Shown one piece after another: positions 1 to 12,500 of a stretch of 64,000 nt of DNA (the first letter of the stretch is position 1; every line of letters starts with the position of its first letter). Under the pieces are notes generated by a model. That model was not told the DNA's origin. It did not search any database and worked only from the letters and a program-made list of their open reading frames with translations. Source of the stretch: Callorhinchus milii (taxonomy: Eukaryota); NCBI RefSeq assembly GCF_018977255.1, contig NW_024704743.1:32304001-32368000 (forward strand). The letters are read 5' to 3'. The position numbers and the translations under genes were made by a program.

Positions 1-1019
1 GACGAGAGGGACGGAGAGAGAGGAGGAGAGCGCGGGAGAGATGCAGAGGGGGGAGGGTTTGGGGGGAGAGAGGAGGGGGGCGGGAGGGAGGGGGTGAGGG
101 GGCTCGGGTCAAAGCGGCAGCCATAGTGCGCACGCGGGGACCGGGAGCGAGCGGTCAGGTGGATGGCATTATCCCGTAGATTGGGGCAGCGAACCCAACA
201 GGACCAGAGTGGGCTCTGATGTGGGCCCTGGGGGGGGGGGGCGCGGCGCAGAGGGTTTTTTTTTGTTGCGCACGCACCTGAAAACTAATCTATGACGTCA
301 GCAGTTCCCCCGCTCCGCCCAACCCCGAGCTGATCTCGCTCCGGCGTCGAGTTTAAATACCTGGGTCAGTAGGCCCAGGCTCCTTACATTTGTATAGCGC
401 CTTTCATGTCGGGAGGACGTCTCAAAATGCTATCAATCCTATTACTGAAAGGATTCAGTAAAGTGGGACATGAATTTTAAGTAATCTGCAAGTCAGTGGT
501 TGCACTCAGTATTCAGATCTGTTCATTTAGCTTAATGTCTCTGGAGAAGACTTTTTTTTAGAGCAAAGGACTCCAAGCTATGAAAAGGAAACTGGCGGCT
601 TCCTGGAGAACCGCTGAAGATTGTTGTTTCTGGTTCTGGGTAGGCATGCTGACCATTTCATAGTGTCTTTGGCAGATTTTGTTTTCAAATTCTAAATCCG
701 TATGGTCAGCTTTTCTTTGAACATAAACAGAAATTTCGTAAATCCTCCAAATAACAAGCTTTGAAGAAATTATTTGAATAAAACCTAACAACAACAAATT
801 GCCTTTATATAGTGGTCTTTCATGACAGGAGGGTGTCCCAACATCCAGTAACCAAGTTGATACGGGATAATTTTCTGGTTTGCGCTAATTTAGCTGATCT
901 CAACCAGTCCTGTTGTAGAGGTTGCTGCAATAGGACTAGAAACCTCCAGGTTAGGGAGGGTTGAAAAATTAGGCAGCATTCTTGCATCACCATATTGAGT
1001 CCTGGAAAATATGCAAGTG

Positions 1020-1450
1020 TCAGCCTGGCTCAGTTGCTTGCATTCTCTCACCTTGAGTCAAAAGGTTGTGGGTTCAAGCACCATGACAGGCTCTTTGAGC
1101 TCAAAGTCCAAGCTGGTACTCTAATACAATGCAGGGGTGTACTGTATCGTCAAGAGTGCTGTTGTCCTTTGGATGAGAAGTTAAGCCATCTACCTGTTAA
1201 GATGGATGTTAAAGATTCCATGGCACTATTTGAAAAGAGAAAAGAGAAGGGAGTTTCTCTTGGTCTCCTGGCCAACAGTCCAGATGCAAGTGGTCAACTT
1301 AGTGGTTATTTAAGTTAATGGGACATTGCTGTATGTAAATTGGCTGCTGATTTTGCTTACAAATATAGTCACCAAATTTTTCAGTGAATCCTGAGAAGTG
1401 TTTTAAGACATTCAACAATGTGGTAAGGAGCTATATCAAGTACAAGGATT
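1020..1450 (+). mobile_element. Older, diverged Deu-domain SINE (related copies at about 2970-3370 -, 6700-7070 +, 16440-16800 +, 18860-19200 +, 32900-33480 -, 47570-47860 -)
   Basis: Shared motifs CTGAGTCAGAAGGTTGTGGGTTCAAG, GATCCCATGGCACTATT, GGGACATTGCTGTGTGCAAATTGGCTGC. Confidence 0.7.
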
Positions 1451-3473
1451 ATTTTACGAAGTGAGTGTCAACCAAGGACTGTATTGAGCTTGCCTGTGGT
1501 GTTGTTTACCCACCCTTGGACAGATACTCTGCTGCTGCTGCTCACTTTCCAGATTTGCACTTGAAGAATGTGTAATAGAACAAGGTACTTGGCACCAGTG
1601 CAACTGTACTCAAGCATTTGAGTGAGGGAATGCGGAGAGCACACACGGTGGGCAGGGGCAGAGAAAGGACACCTTCTGTGCACAAGGTGCCATTCTTGCA
1701 GCGTAAGAGCCTAAAGCATCACAAGTTTACTACAGTTAATGGTGTGAGATATCAGCTATAGAACACAATGGAGCAGAACTTTATGCAGCATCCTATAAAA
1801 TAGGTCTCTCTGGCTGGCGAACTGTTAAGTTCATGTTTGTAAATATCAAATGAGAACAGAAATGTTGGGCCTGACAGATAATATTGTGGAATTGGTGATC
1901 ATCACACTTACTGCATTTATTTTGGAGAAAAATCATCTGATCTCATCAGATCGGCCTTGACATCTTTTGAGGCTGTTTATGCATCAGTCCTGCCTTTAGG
2001 CCATTGTTGTCTCCCTTTCCACAGATGGGCCATTATAATAAAAAAATAATAACACAGTATAACTATAAACCAAGCCAGGCTGACGCTTAATTCGCAGTGT
2101 TGCTGTCCTGAGACAGCTCCTGCTATTTAAATATTGCCCCTTTACTCATATGACGCAAACAAACCAGTTTATCAAGGTTCAAGAGGTGAGATCTGAGAAG
2201 ACTATGCAACCACTGCCTTCAGTACAGCAGCTGTGCCTGTTGTTTTGCTCTGAACACTATGCTTCTGATGGTAGGGAATGTCATTGTTGGCAAAATGGAT
2301 TGCAGAACCGAAAATCACGAAGACAATGGACAAGAACAGACAGAGATCAGAGGATTTTAGTTTCCTGCCCAGTAGCAAATATGTATATTCCTAGTTCCTT
2401 GTTAATGTTGTGTCAATTCACTCCTTTGAAGAAAAACTGATGGACTGTCAAGCTGCGAATGGGATTGAAGGCTATAAGGAAAACTATAGACAGATGTTCA
2501 TGTGTAATCTGTTGTGTCAAAGGAAATGTAATCTGTTGTATCAAAGGAATGGTGCCAGTCAGGGTGGAGTTTATAGAGATTGCAAAAGCAGATTGAAATC
2601 CTAAAATTTCCTCTCTGTTGGTTTGGAATATTTCTCTTATTACCTTTTTGGCTGACATAAAATTTTACTGGTCTTGGATTTTCTCTGATGATTTTCTTAT
2701 GGGTTTTCAGCCCCCACCGAATCCACCTTCAAGAGACTTCTCAAAAAGCTGGCCAGAGTTCCACGAGAGTAATGAATGGTCTTTTTACTCAGCCAAATTA
2801 TGTTTTGTCTCTTGTTTCGCTTTAGGGAATGAAAGCTTTTAATGTTATGATAAATGTACAACGCCATCCAGTGTTCACACACAAATTTCTTTAACCTGAT
2901 CAGTTGCAAACAATTCACTTGAAACCTCCTTTCTTGTAGGCTGATTAGTTATTCAGAGATGGGTAAATAAAAAGTAAATCCTTTCATATCAGGAGGATGT
3001 CTCAAAGTACTTCACAGGTTTTTATTGTGTACTGACCATGTGTTTTAAAGATGAATGCAGCAGCCATTTTGCACACAGCAATGTCCCACAAACAGCCATG
3101 AAGTGAATTACTAATTTTATCTGGGGGATTGTTGGCCAGAACAGCTCGAGAAACTTCTTTTTTTGAATACTGCCACGGGATATTTAATGTCCACCTGAAC
3201 TGATGGGACTTCTATTTAAAGTCTCATCCAAAGGGCTGCACCTCCACCCTGCACCCAGCACTGTACTGGAGTGTCAGCCTAGACTGTGAGTTCAAAGATT
3301 CAATGTTGGGTTTGAACGTACAACCTTTTGACTCAGTGGCAAAAGTGCTACCAATTGAGCCAGACTGACTCCAAATGAGTTTGAAATGAGTTCTTGATAT
3401 GGATGCTGAGTTTAAACCACTTCTGTTTGACTGTAGTTAGTTGCAGTAAATGTTTCTTTTTTTTCTGTTCCAG

Positions 3474-3584
3474 TCACTGAAAGCTCCAGAGCTCAAGGAG
3501 AAATTGGATGAATCAGAAAAACTCATAAAAGACCTGACTGTCACCTGGGAGGAGAAACTGAGGAAAACGGAGGAAATCGCACAG
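3474..3584 (+). CDS. KIF13A: KIF13A exon ([11 protein letters not shown]...TEEIAQ), coiled coil after the motor
   Basis: ttccag acceptor, CAG|gtttgt donor, 111 nt, phase 0/0. Confidence 0.93.
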
Positions 3585-6500
3585 GTTTGTTGGAATAACT
3601 TAAAATGTAAGGTTTCTTTTTTGTTGTAATTTCTCATTGATGAATACTGACTTTCAAAAAGAAAAAGTATGTGTGTGTAAGTTTTGTTCATGTTACTTTT
3701 GCAATCAATTCATCCATTCAGCAATGTTCATTTAACATCAGGCTCTAAATTTCTAGAATCAAGCAGAGGCATATCCTGCAGCTTCTCAGATGTGTGTCAG
3801 AAGACAAAAAAAAGTGCACAGGGAAACAAAGGTGTCATTACTGTGAGGTGACCTGTTTTGTGCTGTCAATTGCAGCAGTTATTTTGCTTTGAGCAAAATG
3901 CCACAAACAGTCAAGGAATGATGGCAAATAAATATGGAAGATTGTTGGCTAGCACAGTGGCAGAAACTCCCTTCTTTTTTTCAAATAATGTAATGGGACC
4001 TGAATAACAGGCAGACAGAGGTCTCAGTTTGACATCTCATCCAAATGACTCGGCAGCTCTACCCAGCATGACTCTGGAGTGTAAGCCTGGACTGTGAGCA
4101 CAAGCTGAACGACCAGTTGCAAAAAAATAATCCACTCTGTAATGGGATGGGCAGTCTTGCTTTTTTGATTGAGATTGGTGTTGGAAAAGAGATTTGATGC
4201 AAGTCTGGCTATTGCAGTGTTTTGCTAAAGGGCTGTTCCAGGCGCTTCGCTCTTAACAAGAAAGCTGTAATATGACCAGGGTAACCTGATGTCATCAAAT
4301 AACTGACAGAATTCAATTAAATTAGACAGAATGACAGAAGGTTTTTTTTGTGTGAATCTTTCTGCAGCTCCTATGTTCTGATTATGCAGTAACTGTCATT
4401 TAATGTGATTTATTGTGTGACTGCAGGAGAGGCAAAAGCAACTTGAGAGTATGGGCATTTCTCTGGAGTCATCTGGTATCAAAGTTGGGGACGACAAATG
4501 TTTTCTGGTCAACCTGAACGCTGATCCTGCACTCAATGAACTTCTTGTGTATTATTTGAAGGTGAGCGTTGCCTTTTATGTCTGGCAAAATGGTTCATCA
4601 CATACCCACGTAATGTGTACTTATTACAGTCTGGAGAATTGTTTCTGTCATGCTGTTTGTGCGGTATATGCAAAAAAAAAGGGGTTGGCTTTGTGTGTGT
4701 GTGTATAAAGGGAAAGACATCTGAGTTTGTCCATTCACCGTTTGTCAGAGAGGTTTTGTTTGCCACCAGATTTGGGGAGATGCTAGTGCCATTGATTAGG
4801 CAGTTTTTTTTTGTAAAACGTATCTAATGTTTACAGGCAAAGAGGAGCTGTAGACCTTGCTGTTGCTGATTTAACTGACTTATTTCTGCGTCAATACCAG
4901 CTGTTTCTTCTCTGTGCTAACTACATGTTTAGACTGGCTTCGTTCTTTTAGCTCCTTACAGCTTATTGACAAATGGACAATGGAGAATGAAATCAATCAC
5001 AAAGCGTGCATGTTTTACAGACGTCTCTCCAGGGAGCTGAAAAGTGTATTTCAACTAGTTACCAGTTCTTCTTCCCGCCCCCCGCCCCCATCCCACCCAC
5101 ACACACCTATTACTGCCCCCCCAAGAAAATGAGAAAATTGCTTAGTAAAATAGTGTGCAAATTTCCACAAGAAAGTAACTAGTGAGTAAAGCATTAGGTG
5201 TTATGCTCATCCCTTATATGTTCCGTATTTGTAATTGGCCCAGCGGAGGGGCTTGTAACCTGTCGTCAAATGCTGGCGATTAGAGTTGATTTATTGCAGC
5301 AACAGCGCTCAGTGTGTTGGTGAAGTGATGTACTGTACATGCATCTTTTGAATATTTATAGTGCGTTGTCAGATGCTGACCTTTAAGCGACTGATGTTCC
5401 CAACAGGCTCACACCAGAGTTGGGGCAGATAAATCTCAGGACATTCAGCTGTGTGGGATTGGAATTCAGCCTGAGCACTGTGTCATTGACATTGCACCAG
5501 ATGGGGATGTTATCCTCACCCCCAAGGAAAATGCCAGGTAATCAGTCTATTAAAACTGTCTGTCTGAAACATGATCTGTACAGCAGCTCAATTTATGGGT
5601 TTACAGCAGTGCAATTTGCAGTAAAGACTGAACCAAGACCCACATTATGCAGCTATATATAAGTTGTGATGACCTGTTGCGTGGCAGGTAAAATGCTGTA
5701 TGTTCTTAAATTTTACAATTTTCTTTGCCTTATTTTAAATTTGCTATTCATATCACTTGATCATATCTGTTCAGCTAAATCTATGCGGTTTACTCACGAC
5801 CTTAATAATAATAAATAATAATTCTTGCATTTGATATGGCACCTTATCATGTCATTAAGACATCTCCAACGCTTCACAGAATATATTGTAAAGTGAAAAC
5901 AAGAACCGAAGTTGCTGGGAACACTCAGCAGGTCAGGCAGCATCTATGGAGAAAGGAAACGTTTCGGGTCGACGACCCTTCGTCAGAACCCTTTGTGTTC
6001 AGTCGTGGACCCGAAACGATGACTCACTTTCCTTTCTCCATAGATGCTGCCTGACCTGCTAAGTGTTCCCAGCGACTTCTGTTTTTGTTTTCAGATTCCC
6101 AGCATCTACAGTATTTTGTGTTTTGTTTATATTGTAAAGTGAATTGACTGTATATTTTGCGAGCGAAACTCGACAGCCAATTGAGCACAGCCAGTGTCCC
6201 ACTAACAGTCGTGGATTGAGTAGTCTATTTTATTTTGAGGGATCATTACCCCGAAAAAGCAAACTGCCAATCGATTAACAACTGGGTTCCTATTTGCTGC
6301 TAGGTAAACAGAGGCGTGTGGAGTAAGGAAATTTGCCTAAGATTTTGTCCTGCCCAGGAATCGAATCCTGCTCCTCTTGCTTGCAAGGCGAGCATGCTAC
6401 CCTAAACACTATACAGGACTCCACAAATAATAATTACTTTTTATTTTTCATTGTCTCCCCCTCCTTTCCAAAATTCTGTCTTTATGTCAGATAAGAAGTA

Positions 6501-9500
6501 TCCTGTCGTCCAAAAGGGTTATGATTCTGCCTCTCTCCTATAAAGGTCAGAAGTACTTTTGAAGAAAACGTAATTCAGCAATTTCATCTAACATTCCAGA
6601 ATACTTCCTTCTCATTGCTTATCAAGCTATTTCTTAAATGAATCCAGCATCTATTGCCTTTCCTGAAAATCCTTTCAAGCTGTTGACTCTCAGAAGTGAG
6701 CACTCTCTCTCGCTTCTGAATCAGAAGGTCTTAGATGGGTTCAAGTCCCACATCGAGACTTGGAACTCACTTAAGCTGACATTCAGTGCAGTGCTGGGGG
6801 TGTGCTGCATTGTTGGAGATGCTGTCCTTCAGGTGAGACATTAAATGAAGGCCTTGTCTGACTGTTCAGGTAGACGTTAAAGATCCAACTGCACTTTGGA
6901 ATTAGGAATTTCTAACCCTTGTCCTAGCCAACAATCCTGCAAAATAAAAATTGTTCATTCAAGTCATGGCTGTTTGTGGGACGTTGCTGTGTGCAAATTG
7001 TCTGCCTCATTTGGCCACACACACAAAAAAAAAAGTCACTGCAGTTTACAGATTATCCTGTGGGGCGTGTTGGCATGTTCTGATGTGAAATGTGTAACAA
7101 CAAAAGTAAGGATTAAGAAATACTTTCTGGTATCTGCCCTTCATAAAGCTGAACCTATGCCTTTTCTTCTGGCTTGGGATCATCTGAAAATAATCAGAGT
7201 CTATGATTATTTCAAAGACAAGTTACATTAGGAGTTTGTTCCAACATTAATTAACTTTTGCGGATGTATATTATACTGGTGAAGCAAAGCATCTTTTCTG
7301 ACTCACAGAATGATTTCCTGCCGTTGACTATAATCATGCTGTGATGAGGTTCTCAATTAAATATATCCATAAATACACAGAAAGCGTTTCTTAATTGATG
7401 TATTCTATACATGTTTTATTGGACTATTAGAACTAAGAGGTACATATGGATTAGTTTGAGTTTTAGGTGGATCATTTTCGAGGGGATTGCACTTATGGTA
7501 GTTTGCAAACCGCAAAAGTTTGGGGTTGGAGCAATTTCCTCATATTATATATATATAATATATATAATATGAGGAAATATATGTGTATATGCATATAACA
7601 CACATATATGTATATATAATATGTGAAGAGAGCAGAGGCCAGTGGCTTCGCCATAGTGAGACAGGGTCATTAAGAGATCATTAACCTGGGCTGCTCTTGT
7701 ATGCCACCTAATGGCTAGAGAAAATACACAAAGAAAACAAATATGATTTTAACATGTTACATTGATTTAAGGTCAATTCTGCCCTTGTTTCTTCCGATGC
7801 TTTATTTTTATTCACTAGTGTCAAATAAAATCCAGCAACTTGTAACAGTCTCATAGTTTGGTATCTGTGAAACACTTCTAAAGTTATCTGATTAATGAAG
7901 AGCAACTAACATTTAGGTGTCTGTGTAGCTCAGTTGGTAGCATTCTCACCTCTAAATTGAAATGTTGTGAATTCAAGCGCCTTGTCAGGACTTTGAGCTC
8001 AGTCTCGGCAGACACTTCAATGATATGCTGGGTGTGCACCAAAGCAGATGTGATGGATAAATGGCCTGCTTTGTGCTGTAATGTTCAGTTATTCCACATG
8101 TTTGACAGCTGGAACGGAAGGGGAGGCGGAGTGGGGGTGAACGACACCTTGATGGGGGTGAGGGTTGGGGGGGGATTGACAGCTGGAACAGAGTGGGGCA
8201 GGCGGGTGGGGGTGGGATGGGGCGTGAGTGTTAGCTGGAAAAGAGGACATTGCCAAGCTATGATTTTGCAGCTGTCCCGCTCACTTTCCATTAAGTTGTC
8301 TATCTAGTGTGGTACTCTCCTCTCCCACTATGGATGACATGACTGAATTAGGATGTGTCAGGCACAGCTAGTCAGTGTGGCTTCCATAAACATTCCTCCA
8401 AATGTAAGCCATATCAAAAATACCCAAACATTTGGCTCCAGCACTAGTGGATTTTGAACTGACATTTTTCAGCCACCACTGAAAGAACATTCACAGCTGT
8501 TAAAATGCTATTGTTTGAGAACGCAGCATTTTAGCTTCTGGTAGTATAATAGTGTCTGCACATCTGATACCATTTTTCAGCCTTGAGAGAAGATGACTCA
8601 GAGGGGACCTCATAGAGGTGCATACAGTTTTGAATGGGATTGAAAAAGTAAATCCAGATCAATATTTTAGGATGCAACAAGACAGTAAAAACAAGAAGAC
8701 AGGTTCAGAGTTGCAAAGGGCAGTCCTGCAGCTTAGTGGTTGGAGCACTTGCCTCGTAGCTTGCTCGAGAAGCAAGTTTCCTTACTCCACACACCTCTGT
8801 TTACCTAGCAGTAACCCGATTGTTAGTCAATTGGTGGATCACTTTTCCGGGGATAATAATTTATTTATTAAAAAAAATTTGGTCACTCAATGACTGTTTG
8901 TGGGACACTGCTGTACGCAATTGGCTGCCGCGTTTCGCCCACAAATATACAGTCAATTCACCTTACAGTGTGTTCTGTGAAGCGCTTTGGGACGTCCTCC
9001 CGACGTGAAAAGCGCTATATCAAATGCAAGGATTATTATTATCTTGAAGATGTGATAAAGCACTATATCAAATGCAAGGATTATTATTAATTTCAGGACA
9101 GATACCAGGACGTTTTTCTTTACTCAAAGGATAATTAATAAATGAAAGGAGTTGCCAGGAAAGGTGGTAAAGGCCAGGACACTGGAGTCATTTGAAAAGC
9201 AGCTTGATGCTGTGATGATACGATGGAAGGGTGGGTGATCTGGAGGGATGAGATCAGATGGGCCAAGAGTTCTTCTTTATTCATACCAATCTTGGGGATT
9301 TTAATATTGTCAGAAGATTGTACCTTGTGTGGTTGGCCTTGCTGTTAATGGGCTTTTTGTTTTGTGAAGAGAGGTAGATTATTAAATTGTTCTAACATTT
9401 CTGGATTTCTTAGAAATTAATTTGATGAAAAAAGCTATGTTTGGGACTCAATTTGTGATATTGAATCCTGCTGAGCCATCCCTGAGCTGCAGGAAATCCT

Positions 9501-12500
9501 CTGCGATGTGATTTATTTCTGCTCAGAGAAGAGTTCCAGTGGTTCCTTCTGTCAGTTACCAGCGGGATTCACTATATAATAATAATAATCTTTGCATTTG
9601 ATATAGCACCTTATCACATCATTGAGACATCTCAAGGGGCTTGACAGAATATACTATGAAGTGGATTGACTGTATATTTTATGGGCAAAACACGGCAGTC
9701 AATTGCACATAGCAATGTCCCAGAAACAGTCGTGGATTGAGTGTCCAGATTGGTTTTGAGGGATTATTACACTATTTCCAAACCCGGTTGCATGTGCTTG
9801 ACCCCTGTATCTTTCTGACAACAGTAGCAAAGCACACTCTTCCAATAAGCATAGTTAGATGGACAATAATAATAATAATAATCCTTGCATTTGATATAGC
9901 GCTTTTCACGTCGGGAGGACGTCCCAAAGCGCTTCACAGAATATACTGTAAAGTGAATTGACTGTATATTTGTGGGCGAACACGGCAGCCAATTGCGCAC
10001 AGCAATGTCCCACAAACAGTCGTAGATTGAAAATGACCAATTTATTATTGTTTTTGATTTTGGAGGGATTATTATTAGGCTCTGTGTGGAGTAAGGAAAT
10101 CTTGCCCAAGGTTTCGCCCTGACCTGCCTGGAATTGAACTCAGGTCTCTCGCTTGCAAAGCGAGTGCTCTAACTACTGAGCTACAGGACTCCACAACTGG
10201 GTTAAGTAGCAAATCCTCACATCGTGCAATCTTCAGTTAAGTGCTTGTTTCCATGCTGACTGAATGCCTTGGAAGGGAACCAGCCCAAATGTCACACTTG
10301 ATGTTTTGTTTGAATTTTTTTTCAGAAGTGTGGAGAAAGTTAACAACAGATTTCACATAAATGAGTCTATTAAAGACCTTTCTTTTCAACCGTGCTTTTG
10401 GCCACCTTCCCCTCCCTCCCTCTCAGCTTCCGTCCCACACCGCCATTTTGGGCTGCCAGAAAGCTGTGTGAAGTGCTTTAAGATGTCCTAATGACGTGAA
10501 AGGCTCTATATAAATGCAAATTGTTGTACTTTTTCAGGACCTGCTTGAATGGTGCTCTGTTACGTGTTCCAAACTCCCTCTGGCACGGGGACAGAATTCT
10601 ATGGGGAAACAACCACTTCTTTAGGTATGTCATAATTAAAACATCTTTTATTTTCCAAGTTTCAAAGATCAGCAAATGCACTTGACACTGAGTAAAGCAC
10701 AGAAGATTGATAGATATCCTGCAAAAGGTTGGAATTGATGGGAAAGCCTGGAACAAAATTAGATTTTTTGAATAGGAAAAAACAGAAGCAATAATGGGAT
10801 ATAGGGGTAACTGAATGGACAAGGATCAGATGAAAAGTTGGCATAATATATGTCCGCTGCTCTTAGATATTTAGTCTATGATCAAAATTGACAGATTTGT
10901 AAATAGTGAATCCCAGGGATATGTCATGTGATACCCCTGTGGAGTTCTGCTCTGGTGCCCACCTCAGGTTTTGATTTCCACAATGAGGACGAGCGAAACA
11001 TTTGTCACACATGGAGAAAGCTGGCACGGGCATAGGCTTGGCCACAGTGGACCGAATAGCTGAAATGCTGTGCTGAAATTGCTCTTTAAAAAATCACAGC
11101 ATTAAATAAATTCAGGCTCACAAAAATCCCATCATATGATCAGTCACCTAAACAAGCACAAATTGGAGTCCCAAATTAAAGCTTTTGATTCGCTTTTTTC
11201 AATGTAATAAATAGAATTAATCTACCTACGAGGAAGAGGAGGGACAAGTTAAAAGAATATGAAAGTGAGGCAACTCGCGAAGGTGCCACAGAACAGGACA
11301 TGGAGACGGCAAGTGAAGCTTCCTCCGAACCGGACTATAGCTATGAGTTTGCACAGATGGAAGTCATGATGAAAGCCCTGAGCAGTAATGGTGAGTAACT
11401 GTTTCTGGGCCAACTTTTCTAACTTCTTAGTTGTGGTGTGGAGGTCGATCTCTAAAGACATATATTTTTAAAAAGTTCTTCATTTAGATATTCTTTGTTG
11501 CAGAGAGGTCTTAAGGTGGAATTTAAAAGTATATAAAGAGGAGGCGAAGCAAAGGGATTGAGCATAGTGGCTGAAGATGTGGTTGCTGGTGGTGCAAAAC
11601 TCTGTTAGCTGAGTGAAGAGGGCGGGTGGAGGAGTGGGGATTTTCACTGGAGCTGGCTGGATTTTCAAATGTTGATCTGTGACAAAGCTGAACAGAGCAG
11701 ATTAAAAATGAGCCGATTGGGATTGTCATCTTCACGTACTTAGGTGCATGCTGTGGATTAATGGTGGTTTTTGAATACTGATAAGGAAGGCTGCTATTAA
11801 ATGTCATGTTTTTACTATATTAATAACAATAATGCTTAGATTTGACACAGCAAACTTATTTCGTTGTCAAAATGACTCAAAGTGGGTCACAAGATTTTAC
11901 TGTAAATTGTGGTGATTGTATTATACGATCGAAAGTGATGCATGATTTGCATACTGCAATGTCCCACAAATTGTCATGATGTGAATGACCAATTTTGTCT
12001 GGGTTTTTTTGGCTAGGACACTGGGCTCTCTTTTCTCTAGTGTCTATACAAAAATAAAAATACACTACCAACTGTCCCGCTCTGTGAGCTGGAAGAGCTG
12101 AAAAACAAAGGGAGAAATACATAGTACTGTAAAACTAATGAAGAAAGGAGAATAGTGGAGAGGAGAGTAAATCTTGCCCCAATAAGACATTGGAGTGTAA
12201 CTTGCAGGTTGGGCTAATAGTCCATGGGACAACTTTTACAAAATGCATATGTCCTTAATTGTTTCATTGATCGATGAAGAGAATTCCAGAATCGCCTGCA
12301 AACCTTTTTTGTTGGCGATTAATAACTTAATTAAGGGGACGTATGAGTGTTTGAACATGGTTACCCAGTGGGTTATTAGCCTAACTCAATATTTAGATGT
12401 CTAATAAGACCAAACATGAAATATGTAATAGGAATCAGGAGCTATCCAATTATTGGTTGGGCTAGAAGGACTGAATAGACTTTGACTAGATGGCCCAGCT

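Noticed and set aside
1..383. CpG-rich region as the KIF13A promoter
   Set aside because: The first exon in the window is already downstream of the motor domain, so this region is intronic; its motifs match a LINE 5' end.
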